The translations under genes were made by a program, and so were the position numbers. From an uncultured Bdellovibrionales bacterium (GTDB lineage: Bacteria; Patescibacteriota; Minisyncoccia; Moranbacterales; UBA2206), in the NCBI GenBank assembly GCA_964567695.1, contig CAZMNQ010000001.1:1-38526 (forward strand): a DNA stretch of 38,526 nt, given 5' to 3'. This document shows, piece by piece, positions 15,708 to 25,819 of the stretch. Under the pieces are notes generated by a model. That model saw only the letters and a list, made by a program, of their open reading frames with translations, was not told the DNA's origin and ran no database searches. How positions within the stretch are numbered: the first letter of the stretch is position 1; each line of letters starts with the position of its first letter.

Positions 15708-16856
15708 ATGAGAATATCTTATTCTGCCTTCGATACCTATCAAAACTGCTCGCTGAAATATAAATTTCAGAACATTGACCATATCAAAACTCCCAAATCC
15801 AAGGAAGCGGTTTTTGGCACCACAATTCATGAAACCATGAAATTCGTGCATACGCCCGGTATTCTGTCGCCTACCATTGATCAGGCACTGGAACATTTTT
15901 CCAATGCTTGGAATCCGGCGGTTTTTGACAATCCCGATGAGGAACGCGCGGCATTTTCTCAAGGTGTTCGTATTATCCAGGATTATTATCAAAAAAATAA
16001 TCCGGCTAATTTCAATATTGTTGATTTGGAATCACGCTTTCAAATTGAAATCTCCGCAAAATCCGCGGCGGATTGCGGGGCAAATGGACAAACTCACATT
16101 ATTTCAGGAATTATAGATAGAATCGACAAAACTGAGGATGGTTATGAAATTATTGATTATAAAACCACCAAAAAAATGCCATCTCAAGACAAGGTGGACA
16201 ATGATTTGCAGCTTTCTGTCTATTTACAGGCCTTTCTGTCGCGTTATCCGAAAGAAATTGAAAACATTGATAAGATCAAAGTCAGTCTCTATTATCTCAA
16301 ACACGGCGTGAAACTTTCTGCCACACGCACTATTGACCAATTGAAAAAAAGCGAACAACTGTTTTTAGATGCCATAAAGTTGATCGAGGAGGAAAAATTT
16401 GAACCCAACATCACTCCGCTTTGCGATTGGTGCGGCTATCAAAATATCTGTCCGATGTGGAAACACAAATTCAAAGAACTGCGCAAAATTGACATAGAGG
16501 AAATAAACTCTGCTATCGGCGAATATGTTGAGTTAAAATCCGCCATTTCCATCACCAAAGACCGCCTGGGTGAAATTCAAGAAAAGATTTTGCAATATAT
16601 GGAGCAGGAGGGTGTGGAAAGGGTTTTCGGTGAACAAGGAATTATCGCCCGCTCTTTGCGCAAGACCTACAAATACGATGAGAAAAAAATTCGGGAAATT
16701 CTGGAGCCACTCGATAAATGGGAATCTGTTTTGAAAGTTGATGGCGTAGCGCTCAAAAACATTTTAGGCGTCTTACCGTTCGAAGCTAAAACAGAAATTG
16801 AAAAAGCTAAAGTAGTTGACAAAGAAACAAAAACCTTGGCAGTTAAAAAGAAATAA
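15708..16856 (+). CDS. PD-(D/E)XK nuclease, Cas4/AddB-like with 4-Cys cluster, plus ~130-aa C-terminal extension
   Basis: N-terminal SYSAFDTYQNCSLKYKF, D...E.K core IIDRIDKTEDGYEIIDYKT, and C-terminal CDWCGYQNIC (C...CxxCx5C pattern). Confidence 0.85.
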   Translation: MRISYSAFDTYQNCSLKYKFQNIDHIKTPKSKEAVFGTTIHETMKFVHTPGILSPTIDQALEHFSNAWNPAVFDNPDEERAAFSQGVRIIQDYYQKNNPANFNIVDLESRFQIEISAKSAADCGANGQTHIISGIIDRIDKTEDGYEIIDYKTTKKMPSQDKVDNDLQLSVYLQAFLSRYPKEIENIDKIKVSLYYLKHGVKLSATRTIDQLKKSEQLFLDAIKLIEEEKFEPNITPLCDWCGYQNICPMWKHKFKELRKIDIEEINSAIGEYVELKSAISITKDRLGEIQEKILQYMEQEGVERVFGEQGIIARSLRKTYKYDEKKIREILEPLDKWESVLKVDGVALKNILGVLPFEAKTEIEKAKVVDKETKTLAVKKK

Positions 16857-16871
16857 ATCAATAATAAATTA

Positions 16872-16899
16872 AAAAGTTCTCATAAGTCGAGGACTTTTT
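16872..16899 (+). terminator. intrinsic terminator after the nuclease gene
   Basis: AAAAGTTCTC, 7-nt loop, GAGGACTTTT(TA). 10-bp stem including one G-U pair. Confidence 0.6.
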
Positions 16900-17068
16900 A
16901 TTAGTAAGTATTTAATGAAGAAAATTGATTTTAGACGGGCCGGACTCAATCGATGAACAGAAAAATTTTCAACAGTATCACCCGGACAACTGAAAAACTT
17001 TCTATTATGCGATCACCTAGCCCTTTAGTAATTTAATACTACAACAGTTATTTTAAAATATTTCACTT

Positions 17069-17761
17069 CTATTTTATAATCGTTCCCTTTGCTTTTTTAC
17101 CTTCCAAATATTTCTTGAGATTAGGCAAATTTTGTCCATTCATAATGGCCACTTCCAGGCCAATTTCTTGCGCTTCTTTGGAAGCGATTGGATCAAAAGG
17201 TGCGTTCATACCGGGGTCCCAAATGTCCCCCACTATCTTGCGAAAATCTGCCCAAGAAATTTCTTCGATAATTTTTGCATCAGGAAATTTCTTCGGATCC
17301 TTGTCGCAAACAAAATCAATATTAGAAAGATTGATGAGTGTTTTAACGCCCAAATATTTGGCCAAAAGCACGGCGTCAAAGTCGGTGGAAAATCCCGGAC
17401 GCCAACCGGCCGCCACTAAAATATCTTCTTTGAAATTATAAAAATCTTCCAGGTCATGCGGATTTTTATTGATTCTCGGATGCGCGTGCTTGCGAAAAAT
17501 TGTACGGATAAAATGCGCGTTCATTCGGGTGGCATGAATGCCAATCCAGTCTTTGTCATCGCTTGTGATGCCATCAATTTTGGCCGCTGCCTCGATATAT
17601 TTTCTAGCTGTCTTGCCGCCGCCGGTAATCAAAATAAATTTATAGCCTTTTTTAATTTGCTCCTCAATCAGCACCTTAAATTTCTTCACAAATTTCCAAT
17701 CAATTTCCTCCGGCACAATCAATGATCCTCCCAATGAAATGATGATAGTTTTTTTGTTCAT
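17069..17761 (-). CDS. pyrH: uridylate kinase, archaeal-type PyrH (amino acid kinase family)
   Basis: ISLGGS, ITGGGKTARKYI and IHATRMNAHF match my recollection of the archaeal UMP kinase pattern rather than the bacterial one. Confidence 0.8.
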   Translation of the reverse strand: MNKKTIIISLGGSLIVPEEIDWKFVKKFKVLIEEQIKKGYKFILITGGGKTARKYIEAAAKIDGITSDDKDWIGIHATRMNAHFIRTIFRKHAHPRINKNPHDLEDFYNFKEDILVAAGWRPGFSTDFDAVLLAKYLGVKTLINLSNIDFVCDKDPKKFPDAKIIEEISWADFRKIVGDIWDPGMNAPFDPIASKEAQEIGLEVAIMNGQNLPNLKKYLEGKKAKGTIIK

Positions 17762-17771
17762 AGTTTATTTT

Positions 17772-18227
17772 TTAATATTTACATCCGGTGCTTTTGATCC
17801 GACCTTGGGCGGTCGCCTCCTGCTCAGTTTTGAAACAAGCCAAATTTTCCGGCTTTATTCTTTTGGCATAGGAGCAGGTTGGCGGGTAATATTTGTTAGA
17901 ATTTTTACTGCCTACAAAGGCACAGCTTTGCTTATTTTGAGGCACTTGAGAATCAGCCCCAGTAGACAGTTTTTGGTCAGGAGCACTATTTGATGCCATT
18001 ATACCATCAGCCTGCCCTTCTAGGCCAATTTTTGGGTTTTCAGGGGCTTTCTCGATGATTATCGGGCTGGCTTTAGCGGCTTTTTTCTGCATATAACCGA
18101 CTTCGAACGAAATAATAGCCACCAGCAAAAATCCTATGATTAGGATTATTTTATACTCATACTTTGTCCAAGCAGATTTTATGAGTTTTATGAACTTTTC
18201 ACTTTCTACTGTCATGCTATTTGACAT
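17772..18227 (-). CDS. membrane-anchored hypothetical protein with C-terminal Cys-containing small domain
   Basis: One TM helix. The C-terminus reads CAFVGSKNSNKYYPPTCSYAKRIKPENLACFKTEQEATAQG...C, resembling small metal/disulfide domains seen at the ends of secreted proteins. This assignment is tentative. Confidence 0.6.
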   Translation of the reverse strand: MSNSMTVESEKFIKLIKSAWTKYEYKIILIIGFLLVAIISFEVGYMQKKAAKASPIIIEKAPENPKIGLEGQADGIMASNSAPDQKLSTGADSQVPQNKQSCAFVGSKNSNKYYPPTCSYAKRIKPENLACFKTEQEATAQGRIKSTGCKY

Positions 18228-18248
18228 TATAGCATATTTTGCTATAAT
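18221..18248 (+). promoter_or_regulatory. consensus promoter of rpmA
   Basis: TTGACA, 16-nt spacer, TATAAT. It leaves a 5' UTR of about 85 nt before the ATG at 18342. Confidence 0.65.
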
Positions 18249-18341
18249 AAATCTCGTTATGTACTAAGGTGTTGTGGTGATGGACAAATGCTTTGGCGAG
18301 AACAAAATTATAAAAAGTTATAACCCTTAAAGTAAAATATT

Positions 18342-18689
18342 ATGGCACATAGAAAAGCCGGTGGATCCACCCAACTGGGCCGAGATTCCATATCGAAACG
18401 ACTCGGCGTTAAAATTTTCGGAGAACAAAAAGTTCAAGTTGGAAACATCATTATCCGCCAACGCGGAACAAAATGGAGAGCGGGAAAAAATGTGAAGCAA
18501 GGCGAGGATGATACACTCTATTCCATGATTGATGGAGTTGTAAAATTCTCCAAAAAGAAAGTGCGAACATTCACCGGAGATCTTGAACAGAAAAGATTTG
18601 TTTCAGTTGTCGTGGCAGAGCCTGTTGTTGAAAAAACGAAAGTTGCTCGCGCAAAAACAAAGGCAGGAAAAATTAGCAATAAAAAATAG
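18342..18689 (+). CDS. rpmA: 50S ribosomal protein L27, with a Lys-rich C-terminal extension of about 25 aa
   Basis: [16 protein letters not shown]...[12 protein letters not shown]...G.DDTLY...DGVVKF. Confidence 0.95.
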   Translation: MAHRKAGGSTQLGRDSISKRLGVKIFGEQKVQVGNIIIRQRGTKWRAGKNVKQGEDDTLYSMIDGVVKFSKKKVRTFTGDLEQKRFVSVVVAEPVVEKTKVARAKTKAGKISNKK

Positions 18690-18703
18690 ACCTATCTTTG
18701 CAT

Positions 18704-18740
18704 AAAAAATCCTCTCAATAGTTTGAGAGGATTTTTTTAT
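18704..18740. terminator. bidirectional intrinsic terminator (rpmA / pyrG)
   Basis: AAAAAATCCTCTCAA-TAGT-TTGAGAGGATTTTTT, with A/T runs on both sides. Confidence 0.85.
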
Positions 18741-18745
18741 TGTGT

Positions 18746-20389
18746 CTATTTCTTCTTTTTTAAGGTTTGTCCGGCTTTGATAAATTCATTGAATAATGGG
18801 TGACCCTTGAGTGGACTGGTTTGCAGTTCCGGATGAAATTGCGTCGCTAGGAAGAATGGATGAACCGTTGTTGGCAATTCAGTGATTTCCATCAGTTTGC
18901 CATTCGGTGATTTTCCGGAAAATACGATTCCCGCTTTTTCCAATTTTTCAATATATTCCGGATTAACCTCCCAGCGATGCCGATGCCTTTCGGAAATTTT
19001 CGTCGCCCCATAGGCCTTGTTGGCAAGGCTGCCCTTTTTCAAATTAGCTGGATAAGCACCGAGTCGCATTGTTGCTCCATAATTGCCATCGGCCAAATTC
19101 TTTTTTTGCTCCGGCATAATATCAATAACCGGATTTTTTGTTTTTCGATCAACTTCAGTGGTGTTGGCATCCTTGAGTTCCAAAACATTGCGGGCATATT
19201 CAATTACCGCCAATTGCATTCCATAGCAAAGTCCCAGGAAAGGAATTTTATGCGTTCGCAAAAATTCAATGGCTAGGATTTTACCTTCAATTCCCCGAAA
19301 ACCAAATCCACCCGGGATAACTACGCCATCATATTGTTTTAGGCTTTCCAACTCCTCCGGATTTTTTTCATAAGTCTCACTGCTTAGCCAGTCAATCTCC
19401 GGTTTAACCTTATTTTGATAACAAGCGTGCTTCACTGCCTCAATCACACTGATATAGGCATCGGACAAAACGAAATCTCCCGTACCGAAATATTTACCCA
19501 CAATCGCAATCTTAGCGGTTCCCTTTGGTTTCTTAATTCGCTCTACCAAATCGTACCACTTCTTCAAGTCTGTCTTATTATATTTAAGCCCGAGTTTTTT
19601 CAAAATCAAACGGCTCAAATCATCCCGTTCAAAATTAATCGGCACTTCATAAATACTATCAACATCCGGTGCGGAAATCACATCGCGTTCAGGAATGTTG
19701 CAGAACATCGCAATTTTTTCTTTTCTTCTCTGATCCAAAAAAGTCTCAGCGCGCGCGATAATAAAATCAGGTTGGATTCCCGTGCCATTCAAAGTTCGCA
19801 CGGCATATTGTGTCGGTTTGGTTTTCATTTCGCCGACTTTCGAAGGCAATGGCAAATAACTGACCATGATAGTCAAGACATCATCCGGATATTTAATTTT
19901 CATCATGCGAGCCGCTTCGAGAAAAAGAATGTTTTGATATTCTCCCACCGTGCCGCCGATCTCAATGATGCTGATGTCTGAACCAGCCTTTTCAGAAGCT
20001 TTTTCAATCCGGTCAATCACTTCCATTGGAATGTGCGGAACAACTTCCACGCACTTGCCTTTGTATTCAAGGTTTCTTTCCTTGTAGATGACGGCCTCAT
20101 ACACACGGCCAGTCGTCATATAATTATCGCGAGGAAGTTCAACTTCCAAAAATCTTTCATAATTTCCCATATCTTGATCAGTTTCATCGCCATCGGCCAG
20201 CACGAAAACTTCTCCGTGTTCCGTCGGGTTCATTGTTCCGGCATCAATATTGATATATGGATCGATTTTTAATGCGGTAACATTAAACCCCCTCGCTTTT
20301 AGAATTGCTCCGACCGCCGAAGTTGTAACTCCTTTCCCCACTCCACTCATAACTCCCCCCACCACGAAAATGTACTTTCGGTTTTTCAT
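18746..20389 (-). CDS. pyrG: CTP synthase
   Basis: N-terminal VVGGVMSGVGKG and GATase Cys motif GLCYGMQ. The length is typical. Confidence 0.95.
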   Translation of the reverse strand: MKNRKYIFVVGGVMSGVGKGVTTSAVGAILKARGFNVTALKIDPYINIDAGTMNPTEHGEVFVLADGDETDQDMGNYERFLEVELPRDNYMTTGRVYEAVIYKERNLEYKGKCVEVVPHIPMEVIDRIEKASEKAGSDISIIEIGGTVGEYQNILFLEAARMMKIKYPDDVLTIMVSYLPLPSKVGEMKTKPTQYAVRTLNGTGIQPDFIIARAETFLDQRRKEKIAMFCNIPERDVISAPDVDSIYEVPINFERDDLSRLILKKLGLKYNKTDLKKWYDLVERIKKPKGTAKIAIVGKYFGTGDFVLSDAYISVIEAVKHACYQNKVKPEIDWLSSETYEKNPEELESLKQYDGVVIPGGFGFRGIEGKILAIEFLRTHKIPFLGLCYGMQLAVIEYARNVLELKDANTTEVDRKTKNPVIDIMPEQKKNLADGNYGATMRLGAYPANLKKGSLANKAYGATKISERHRHRWEVNPEYIEKLEKAGIVFSGKSPNGKLMEITELPTTVHPFFLATQFHPELQTSPLKGHPLFNEFIKAGQTLKKKK

Positions 20390-20499
20390 AATGTTATTAA
20401 AAAATAAAAATAAATTAATTTTTACAAATGAAAAAATCGCCTTCCCCGCGACTTTATCTGATTTTCAAAAAAAATGATTTTGTTTCTTTTAAATGCGAA

Positions 20500-20943
20500 C
20501 TAATTTGTGCTTTCCACGAGCACCATCAAAGACGCCTCAATACCATGATCCAATTCAATTCTCACTTCATATTCCCCCAACTCTTTAATTGGCTCGTTCA
20601 ATATAATCGCTGAGTCAGATACGACAATATCTTCCTTTTTCAACTCTCTTAATATATCTTTTATATTCACTGAACCAAAAAGTCGGCCGTCTTTTTCTTT
20701 CACATTAATTGTAACCGCTTTTCCATCCAACTGATCGGCCAGCTCCTGAGTTTTTTCCAAATCCATCTGCTCTTTTTCTACTTGTTTCTTTTTAATAACC
20801 TCCGCTTTTCTCACGCCATCCTCAGTTGCAATCTCCGCCAACTTTTTCACAAACAAAAAATTTCTAGCATAGCCCTCAGCCGCCTCTTTCACTTCACCCT
20901 TCTTCCCCAAACCTTTCACATCTTGTAATAAAATAATTTTCAT
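20500..20943 (-). CDS. rplI: 50S ribosomal protein L9
   Basis: [31 protein letters not shown]-terminus. 147 aa. Confidence 0.93.
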   Translation of the reverse strand: MKIILLQDVKGLGKKGEVKEAAEGYARNFLFVKKLAEIATEDGVRKAEVIKKKQVEKEQMDLEKTQELADQLDGKAVTINVKEKDGRLFGSVNIKDILRELKKEDIVVSDSAIILNEPIKELGEYEVRIELDHGIEASLMVLVESTN

Positions 20944-20954
20944 ATGTTTATACT

Positions 20955-20982
20955 ATTATAGCAAAGATTGGGCGGATGGCAA
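20955..20982 (-). promoter_or_regulatory. promoter of rplI; near-leaderless
   Basis: Minus strand reads TTGCCA, 16-nt spacer, TATAAT. Only 9 nt separate the -10 from the ATG. Confidence 0.55.
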
Positions 20983-20997
20983 ATCGAAATAAACAAC

Positions 20998-22272
20998 CTA
21001 TTTTTCTATTATTTCTTGGATTTTCTCCATTGCCTTATCCAATTGCGGATCGCGATTATTTTTGTAGTCATCGATAGTCAGGTCAACTTCGATATCAGGA
21101 TTAATGCCTTTTTCCATGATATAGTCGCCATTCGGCGTCAGCCATTTGGCGACGGTTATTTTGACGCTGGAATTGTTTGGCAGACTGATCAGCTCCTGCA
21201 CGGAACCTTTGCCAAATGACTTCTTTCCAATTAGCTGTACGCCTTTGTTATCGCGCAACGCACCCGCTAAGATTTCGGAAGCACTGGCACTACCTTCGTT
21301 TATCAAAACGACAATCGGAATATCACTAAGCTTATCTCCGCCAGTTGTATAGATATTATTTTTTTTGCCGGTGCCATCTTCTTCGGTCACGACGACCTTG
21401 CCTTTGGGAATTAATTTGCTGGCAATCTCAACCGACTTATCTAAGAAGCCTCCCGGATTATTTCGCAAGTCCAAAATAATGCCCTTTGAGTTTCGCGCGA
21501 TTATTTGATTCATTGCCACATTAAATTCCGTGGTTGTTTGTTCTCCAAACTGATTTATCTTTAGATAGGCAATGTCATTATCCTTGAATTCTACTTTTAC
21601 ACTTTTTACTTCAATCGTATCGCGCGTAATTTTTATTTCTCTTGTTTCTTGATCACCGCTATGTAAAACTGTCAGAATGACTTCCGTGCCTTTTTTTCCG
21701 CGAATCAAATCGACCGCCTGATCAATTGTCACATCAGCCGTTGATTTGTCATCAATTTTTATAATTTTATCCCCTGCCATCAAGCCGGCCTTTTGTGCCG
21801 GTGAACCGTCAAGAGGAGCGATAACCGTCAAAATGTCCTCCTTTATGCCCAGCTCAGCTCCAATGCCTTCAAATCTGCCGCTGATGTCTTGAGAAAATTC
21901 TTTCGTTTCTTTGGGATTGAAAAAGGTTGTATATGGGTCATCCGTAGCCTTTAGCATTCCATTAATTGCCCCGTAAACTAGATTTTGAGCATCAAGAGAG
22001 CTCTGATCGACATATTTTTCCTTGAGCAAATCCCAAACCTTCCAAAAAAGAGAAAAGTCCAAATTCTTATCCGCTGAAAGTTTGTTTTCAATTGTAGTTG
22101 AACCGATTGGATAAGTTTGATTAATGTTTTTTATTGACGCGCTTCCACTGACATAACCTATCCAAAAACTTCCGACCAGCAAAAATAACACAACAAAAAA
22201 CAAAAAATACTTTTTGAAAAGCTTGTGATTTATTTCCTCGCTCATTAATTGTTTTACCTGCTCTTCTTGCAT
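20998..22272 (-). CDS. S41 family carboxy-terminal processing protease (TM anchor, PDZ domain)
   Basis: PDZ segment (GSPAQKAGLMAGDKIIKID). Catalytic Ser context GSASASEI and Lys context GKKSFGKGSVQ. Confidence 0.92.
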   Translation of the reverse strand: MQEEQVKQLMSEEINHKLFKKYFLFFVVLFLLVGSFWIGYVSGSASIKNINQTYPIGSTTIENKLSADKNLDFSLFWKVWDLLKEKYVDQSSLDAQNLVYGAINGMLKATDDPYTTFFNPKETKEFSQDISGRFEGIGAELGIKEDILTVIAPLDGSPAQKAGLMAGDKIIKIDDKSTADVTIDQAVDLIRGKKGTEVILTVLHSGDQETREIKITRDTIEVKSVKVEFKDNDIAYLKINQFGEQTTTEFNVAMNQIIARNSKGIILDLRNNPGGFLDKSVEIASKLIPKGKVVVTEEDGTGKKNNIYTTGGDKLSDIPIVVLINEGSASASEILAGALRDNKGVQLIGKKSFGKGSVQELISLPNNSSVKITVAKWLTPNGDYIMEKGINPDIEVDLTIDDYKNNRDPQLDKAMEKIQEIIEK

Positions 22273-22292
22273 AGTTATTTTATCACAGTAAT

Positions 22293-23108
22293 TTAATTAT
22301 GTTTTGGCAGCGGTTTGCCGGCATATTTCGTAAAATATTTAATGGCGCTTGAAATGTGGATCCAAGTTAATTTATTCGATAAAAGCAATCTAATAACTCC
22401 CTTGCCTGCGGAGCCTCGTCCGTGATAGTGATACATTTGCGTTTTTGGAAAATATACGACTTTATATCTATTCTCCCAAAATCGACGGCACCAATCCGTG
22501 TCTTCAAAATACATTTTAAACCGATCATCCATTTGGCCGACTTTGGAAACCGCCTTCCGGCTGGTCATTAATGATGATCCCATTATCCAATCAACTTCGC
22601 GGACGCTTTGGTGGTTAAAATCTTTCATTAGGAATCGATCTAGATGTTTTTTGGCAAAACCAAACTTACCTAAAAAAGTCCGTCGATAAATAACTGTCAG
22701 CGGCGTATAGAAGCGAAAGGTTGAAGGTTGGAAGGTTTCATTGAAATTCAATAGTTGCGGCCCGACAATGCCCACTTCCGGATGATTCTTGATATATTCC
22801 AAAAGTTTTTCAATGGATAATTTTTTTACGATGATATCGCCATTGAGGATGAGGATATATTTGCCTTGCGCAACTTCCAATCCCTTATTAACTAACCGGC
22901 TAAAACCGATGTTCTCTTTGGAGGAAAAGAATTTTATATCCGGAAAATCTCCGTGCATCATCAGCTCAGTGTCTTCCTCAGTCGCACTATCAGACACAAT
23001 AATCTCAAATTCTTTGATTTCGATGTTTCTCAGAATTGAATCAATACAAACCTTAAGAAGCTCCGGCGCTTTGTAATTAGTGATTATTATGGAAAGTTCC
23101 ATTATCAT
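22293..23108 (-). CDS. glycosyltransferase family 2
   Basis: LSIIITNYKAP...DSATEEDT (DxD-type), GFSRLVNKG and FFEDTDWCRR-like motif (YFEDTDWCRRF). The start overlaps the LCP stop (TAATG). Confidence 0.88.
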   Translation of the reverse strand: MIMELSIIITNYKAPELLKVCIDSILRNIEIKEFEIIVSDSATEEDTELMMHGDFPDIKFFSSKENIGFSRLVNKGLEVAQGKYILILNGDIIVKKLSIEKLLEYIKNHPEVGIVGPQLLNFNETFQPSTFRFYTPLTVIYRRTFLGKFGFAKKHLDRFLMKDFNHQSVREVDWIMGSSLMTSRKAVSKVGQMDDRFKMYFEDTDWCRRFWENRYKVVYFPKTQMYHYHGRGSAGKGVIRLLLSNKLTWIHISSAIKYFTKYAGKPLPKHN

Positions 23109-24319
23109 TATACCTTAGGCTTAATATCGGATTGAGGCGGCAAAGTAAATATATTTTTAACTACATCGTGAATCTTGTCATAATTATCGCCGATTGGCAG
23201 CAGAATATAGCCTGTGCTGCTTTCTGGCGGATTATATAGCAATCCTTCTTCTGAATTTTCCATTACCCTTTGATATAACTGCGGATCTTTCATGCCAGCA
23301 TAAATACCATACAAACTCTTCAATTCCCAAGCTTGCATATCCGTTTTTACATTGTTGCCAAGACTATCCAAAATACCATTCACTTTGCTGAAATTCATCA
23401 ATGTTCCGGCGCTCATTATTTTATTCTTAACTAATTGAATAATTTCCTGTTGTCTTTTCGCTCTTTCAAAGTCACTGGATGTATATCTGGCTCTGGCGAA
23501 GCAAAGTGCCGTGTTGCCATCAAGCGTTTGTGTTCCGGCTGGCAAGATAAAATCACCACCGCACTCCAAAGAGCTTGCCGGAGCATTGCATAATGGATAT
23601 TGGGCAACAAGTTGCACTCGCCCATCCTCTTTGTGATGATATTTCTTTTCAAATTCTCCGGTTGGAATCGTAAAGAACGAGTCGCAAACATGAGACTGGC
23701 TAAATTGTTCCGACTCTTCAAAGGGCTTGCTTAATGTTATTTCAATTCCGCCAATCGCATCAATCATTTGCTTGAAGCCAGCAAAGTCAGTGCGCACCGC
23801 ATAATGAATCGGCAAGCCAATCACTTCACTAATGATTGTTTTCATATCATCTATGCCTTGTCCCTCGCCTTTTTGCTCACCATAGGCATGCACCGCGTTA
23901 ATTTTTTGTTTATCTTGCGTCCCAGGCACGGTTACATACAAATCCCTTGGGATGGAAATCATCGCTACTTTGTTTTCTGCCGGCTTGATGCTAGCTACCA
24001 TTATGGTATCTGCCAGAGTTCCGCCACCTGGCATATTAGCTCCACGCATTCCTAACAATAGAATATTAATTCTTCCTTCCTCTTCGCCTTTTACGGAGTC
24101 GCTAATACCCGGGAGTGAATGAGACAGACTATCCAATAGACCGCCATCAGTAATTTTCCGCAGAATATTATCTGTCTTCCAAGCGAAAATACCGCCTGCA
24201 ATAACTAGAATTAATACTACAGTAGAAACAATCTTAAACCATCTTTTTTTAACAAATTTAAAATGCGAAGCCTTTTTAGCTACGCTCTCATGCTTGACCT
24301 CTTTTTCAATATACGACAT
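23108..24319 (-). CDS. LytR-CpsA-Psr (LCP) family glycopolymer-to-peptidoglycan transferase, TM-anchored
   Basis: INILLLGMRG...DTIMVASI, ISIPRDLYV and LDGNTALCFARARY motifs. A Cys-containing insertion of about 50 aa precedes the LPAGTQTLDG segment. Confidence 0.9.
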   Translation of the reverse strand: MSYIEKEVKHESVAKKASHFKFVKKRWFKIVSTVVLILVIAGGIFAWKTDNILRKITDGGLLDSLSHSLPGISDSVKGEEEGRINILLLGMRGANMPGGGTLADTIMVASIKPAENKVAMISIPRDLYVTVPGTQDKQKINAVHAYGEQKGEGQGIDDMKTIISEVIGLPIHYAVRTDFAGFKQMIDAIGGIEITLSKPFEESEQFSQSHVCDSFFTIPTGEFEKKYHHKEDGRVQLVAQYPLCNAPASSLECGGDFILPAGTQTLDGNTALCFARARYTSSDFERAKRQQEIIQLVKNKIMSAGTLMNFSKVNGILDSLGNNVKTDMQAWELKSLYGIYAGMKDPQLYQRVMENSEEGLLYNPPESSTGYILLPIGDNYDKIHDVVKNIFTLPPQSDIKPKV

Positions 24320-24377
24320 TGATTTTTTGTTTATAATTAAAAAAATAACATATCTATTTTCATAGTGTTATATACAC

Positions 24378-24405
24378 ATTCTACTTCTAATACGAGTATT
24401 GTCAA
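24378..24405 (-). promoter_or_regulatory. promoter of the LCP-GT2-protease transcription unit
   Basis: Minus strand reads TTGACA, 16-nt spacer, TAGAAT. Confidence 0.55.
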
Positions 24406-24417
24406 TCAAAAGTTGCG

Positions 24418-25572
24418 CTAGGCGGTTTCCCGATATATCCCTAGCATTTTCTCGGCTGTCTGCTGCCAAGAAAACTTCTTTGATTGCAATAATCCTTTTT
24501 TAATCAAATCAGTGCGAGTCGAATCTTCATCCACAATTTGCATCAATTTTTGCGAAAAATCCGCCGGATTATCCAAATTAAACAATAAGGCCGCTTCCGC
24601 TGTTATTTCAGCGTGTGGCGTGATATTTGAAGCTAAAACAGGTACGCCAGCTGTCATCGCCTCCAAAATTGGAATCCCGAAACCCTCATACATTGACGGT
24701 AAGCAAAAGACATGAGCTAATTTAATTACCAGTGGTTTATCCTCATCAGCAATATATCCGGGCAGCAACACATACTTTTCCAGAGAATAGTCTCGAATAA
24801 AATCATCAATTTTCGTATCATAATTTTTCCCTTTTCCGCCAGCCAGAACTAATTTAATATTTTTTCTTTTTTCCATTGGCATGCTGACATATGTTTCAAT
24901 CAAAGCCGGCAGATTTTTTCTGGGTTGCAAAGTTCCAATGTAGAGAATAAATTTTTCCGGCAAATTATATTTTTGCCTGACGGCTTCCAGTTTATCCTGT
25001 GAATGTTCCACAAAAAAATTGTCAGCCACAGCATTATGAATCCAGCCGATTTTTCTTTTATCCACTTTATAATATTTCATTATTTCATCTGCGGTAAATC
25101 TGGAAACCCCGATTATTTTATCCGCTCTCCGCAAACTCAAAGGAATCAAGGTCTGCAAAAAAAACAAATCCGTCTTTTCAACCAGCTCAGGAAATACCTT
25201 AAAAGAAATATCATGCACAATCGTAATAATTTTGATTTTTCGTGGCACGAAAAACGGCGTGATATATTGCACTTGTAAAATATCAGCTGGATTTTCCCGG
25301 AGATATTTTGGCAACATCCATGCGTTCCACCAAAACTTATTCGCACCCCTTTCGCAAAGACTGATGACTTTGAAGTTTGGCGCCAAACACAAGGATGTAA
25401 TGGATTTTTGCAATTCCTGATCTGTCTCCGGATTCCTATCGGTCAACAAAAAATATTCATTTTCTTTATCCAAAATAGAAAACTGTTTCACTAGATTAAA
25501 AAACACCACTTCATCGCCGGTTCTTTTTTTCCCGATATTTCTAATGTCGATAGCAATCTTCTTTATTGACAT
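24418..25572 (-). CDS. glycosyltransferase family 4 (GT-B, Glycos_transf_1)
   Basis: C-terminal EGFGIPILEAMTAGVPV motif. N-terminal IAIDIRNIGKKRTG is typical of GT4. Confidence 0.9.
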   Translation of the reverse strand: MSIKKIAIDIRNIGKKRTGDEVVFFNLVKQFSILDKENEYFLLTDRNPETDQELQKSITSLCLAPNFKVISLCERGANKFWWNAWMLPKYLRENPADILQVQYITPFFVPRKIKIITIVHDISFKVFPELVEKTDLFFLQTLIPLSLRRADKIIGVSRFTADEIMKYYKVDKRKIGWIHNAVADNFFVEHSQDKLEAVRQKYNLPEKFILYIGTLQPRKNLPALIETYVSMPMEKRKNIKLVLAGGKGKNYDTKIDDFIRDYSLEKYVLLPGYIADEDKPLVIKLAHVFCLPSMYEGFGIPILEAMTAGVPVLASNITPHAEITAEAALLFNLDNPADFSQKLMQIVDEDSTRTDLIKKGLLQSKKFSWQQTAEKMLGIYRETA

Positions 25573-25594
25573 TTACTAATTGGTATGTTATAAT
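25566..25594 (+). promoter_or_regulatory. perfect consensus extended -10 promoter for the 55-aa ORF
   Basis: TTGACA (25566-25571), 17-nt spacer, TGt-TATAAT (25586-25594). The -35 overlaps the start codon of the divergent GT4 gene. Confidence 0.7.
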
Positions 25595-25651
25595 GGATAA
25601 CTGGTGTAATATTAGCATTTTATCTATAAAAAGACAACGGAGGAAGTGATA

Positions 25652-25819
25652 ATGTTTATAGCACCGGAAAGTTATTTAAATATCCCACCTCCCATAGGAG
25701 ATCCCTGGCAACCAAAACACTTAGTAAGAGCAGTATCTCCGGTTGCGGACATTGAACCAACTAAAAAATATGGATCAAAAGATCCGGTGAAGGGAGGTAA
25801 CATAGACATCATCGTATAG
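25652..25819 (+). CDS. unannotated 55-aa Pro-rich soluble protein (below the ORF-track cutoff)
   Basis: GGAGG SD lies 8 nt upstream of the ATG. Translation: MFIAPESYLNIPPPIGDPWQPKHLVRAVSPVADIEPTKKYGSKDPVKGGNIDIIV. The TAG stop is fused to a strong terminator. Confidence 0.6.
   Translation: MFIAPESYLNIPPPIGDPWQPKHLVRAVSPVADIEPTKKYGSKDPVKGGNIDIIV

Noticed and set aside
18249-18341. Ribosomal-protein leader or riboswitch in the ~85-nt rpmA 5' UTR.
   Set aside because: Only a weak 5-bp pairing (UCUCG/CGAGA) is visible by hand. I recognise no motif, so the evidence is insufficient to call a feature.
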